Below are positions 36,149 to 36,802 of a stretch of DNA of 36,802 bases, piece by piece (within the stretch, counting starts at the first letter, position 1; the number at the start of each line of letters is the position of its first letter). Source of the DNA: Christensenellales bacterium (GTDB lineage Bacteria > Bacillota > Clostridia > Christensenellales > UBA1242); assembly GCA_051886095.1 (NCBI GenBank), contig JBJEXU010000121.1, positions 1-36,802 of the forward strand, written 5' to 3'. The notes under the pieces were generated by a model, which did no database searches, was not told the DNA's origin, and was given only the letters and a program-made list of their open reading frames with translations. A program made the position numbers and the translations under genes.

Positions 36149-36802
36149 ATGAGAAATATTGAAGTAACAGCAAAGACGGTGGAACAAGCAGTTGAGAAGG
36201 GTCTACAAATGCTTGGAGTTAATAGGGAAGATATTGAAGTTAAAGTATTAAGTGAAGGCAGTATGCTTAAGAAAGCAGTTGTCGAGATATTTACTTTTGC
36301 CACCGCTGAAGAAAGAGAGGAATATCTTAAAAATAATCAACCAAAAAATGAGGTTAAACTTGTCAAATCAGAACCTGAAGAGGTTCTAGATATACCTACC
36401 GAGTATGTAGACGAAGTAACCAAATGTGTCACCGACTTTCTAGAGGGATTACTTGTTAAAATGGGCATCGAAGCAACTGTTAGCAGAGGTGTTAGGAATG
36501 GAGACATTATCTTCAAAATTAATGGAGAGAATGTTAACAATTTAATCGGTTACCACGGAGAAACTCTAGAGGCAGTTCAAACTATAGTTAACACAATAGT
36601 AAGAGAACAAGTTAGAGAATATCATAAGAAGATTTATCTTGATGTTGAGAACTATCGTCGCAAGCGTCAAGATACCGCCACACAAATAGCCGAGAAAATG
36701 GCTAAGAAAGTACTAACTACTAAGCGTTCTATCAAACTAGAACCAATGAATTCCTTTGAACGCAAAGCCATTCATTATGCCTTAAGTGGTATAGAGCATA
36801 TT
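36149..36802 (+). CDS. jag: Jag/KhpB RNA-binding protein (KH + R3H), C-terminus outside window
   Basis: My translation from ATG 36149 gives 218 codons to the window edge: MRNIEVTAKTVEQAVEKGLQMLGV (Jag_N) ... NNLIGYHGETLEAVQ (KH GxxG) ... LEPMNSFERKAIHYAL (R3H). It is not in the track because it runs off the right edge. Confidence 0.85.
   Translation, partial: MRNIEVTAKTVEQAVEKGLQMLGVNREDIEVKVLSEGSMLKKAVVEIFTFATAEEREEYLKNNQPKNEVKLVKSEPEEVLDIPTEYVDEVTKCVTDFLEGLLVKMGIEATVSRGVRNGDIIFKINGENVNNLIGYHGETLEAVQTIVNTIVREQVREYHKKIYLDVENYRRKRQDTATQIAEKMAKKVLTTKRSIKLEPMNSFERKAIHYALSGIEHI

Noticed and set aside
1-36802. Alternative genetic code (TGA = Trp), as in Mollicutes, given the low GC
   Set aside because: ychF and yyaC end at TGA exactly where homologs end, and all long ORFs are intact under the standard code with TGG for Trp.

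Overview
AT-rich (roughly 30% GC by eye) chromosomal segment from a low-GC Gram-positive-type (Bacillota-like) bacterium. It uses the standard code: TGA ends ychF and yyaC, and Trp is TGG. Gene content is mostly housekeeping. Left to right: three tandem GNAT acetyltransferase paralogs (the first runs off the left edge) and mnmE; a glycogen/maltodextrin cluster malQ-glgB-glgA-glgP-GH13 with no glgC/glgD; a FucO-like iron alcohol dehydrogenase; degV; a lone tRNA-Arg(CCT) in a ~960-bp non-coding island; a Wzy/O-antigen-ligase-like membrane protein plus a GT4 glycosyltransferase; a divergent MetRS-like class I synthetase; small membrane proteins (YhhN family, uppP); ychF; a small islet of hypothetical genes (HAD-like phosphatase, DUF4870-like membrane protein); cvpA; yyaC; ftsH; and the rpmH-rnpA-yidD-yidC-jag cluster, cut at the right edge. 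No CRISPR array, transposase, integrase or recognisable defence operon was seen. The most unusual signal is non-coding: a family of GC-enriched imperfect palindromes of ~110-130 nt. Three long copies bracket ychF and three truncated derivatives lie elsewhere. Their arm mismatches are G:U-compatible only on the minus strand, compensatory changes occur between copies, and one copy embeds the uppP Shine-Dalgarno. Other oddities are a 313-aa disordered N-terminal extension on GlgA, recurring Lys/Thr/Ser-rich tails on unrelated proteins, an FtsH with an enlarged ectodomain and a long C-terminal tail, and a MetRS-like enzyme with a degenerate KMSKS loop. All calls come from reading the sequence and from remembered family motifs; no searches were run.
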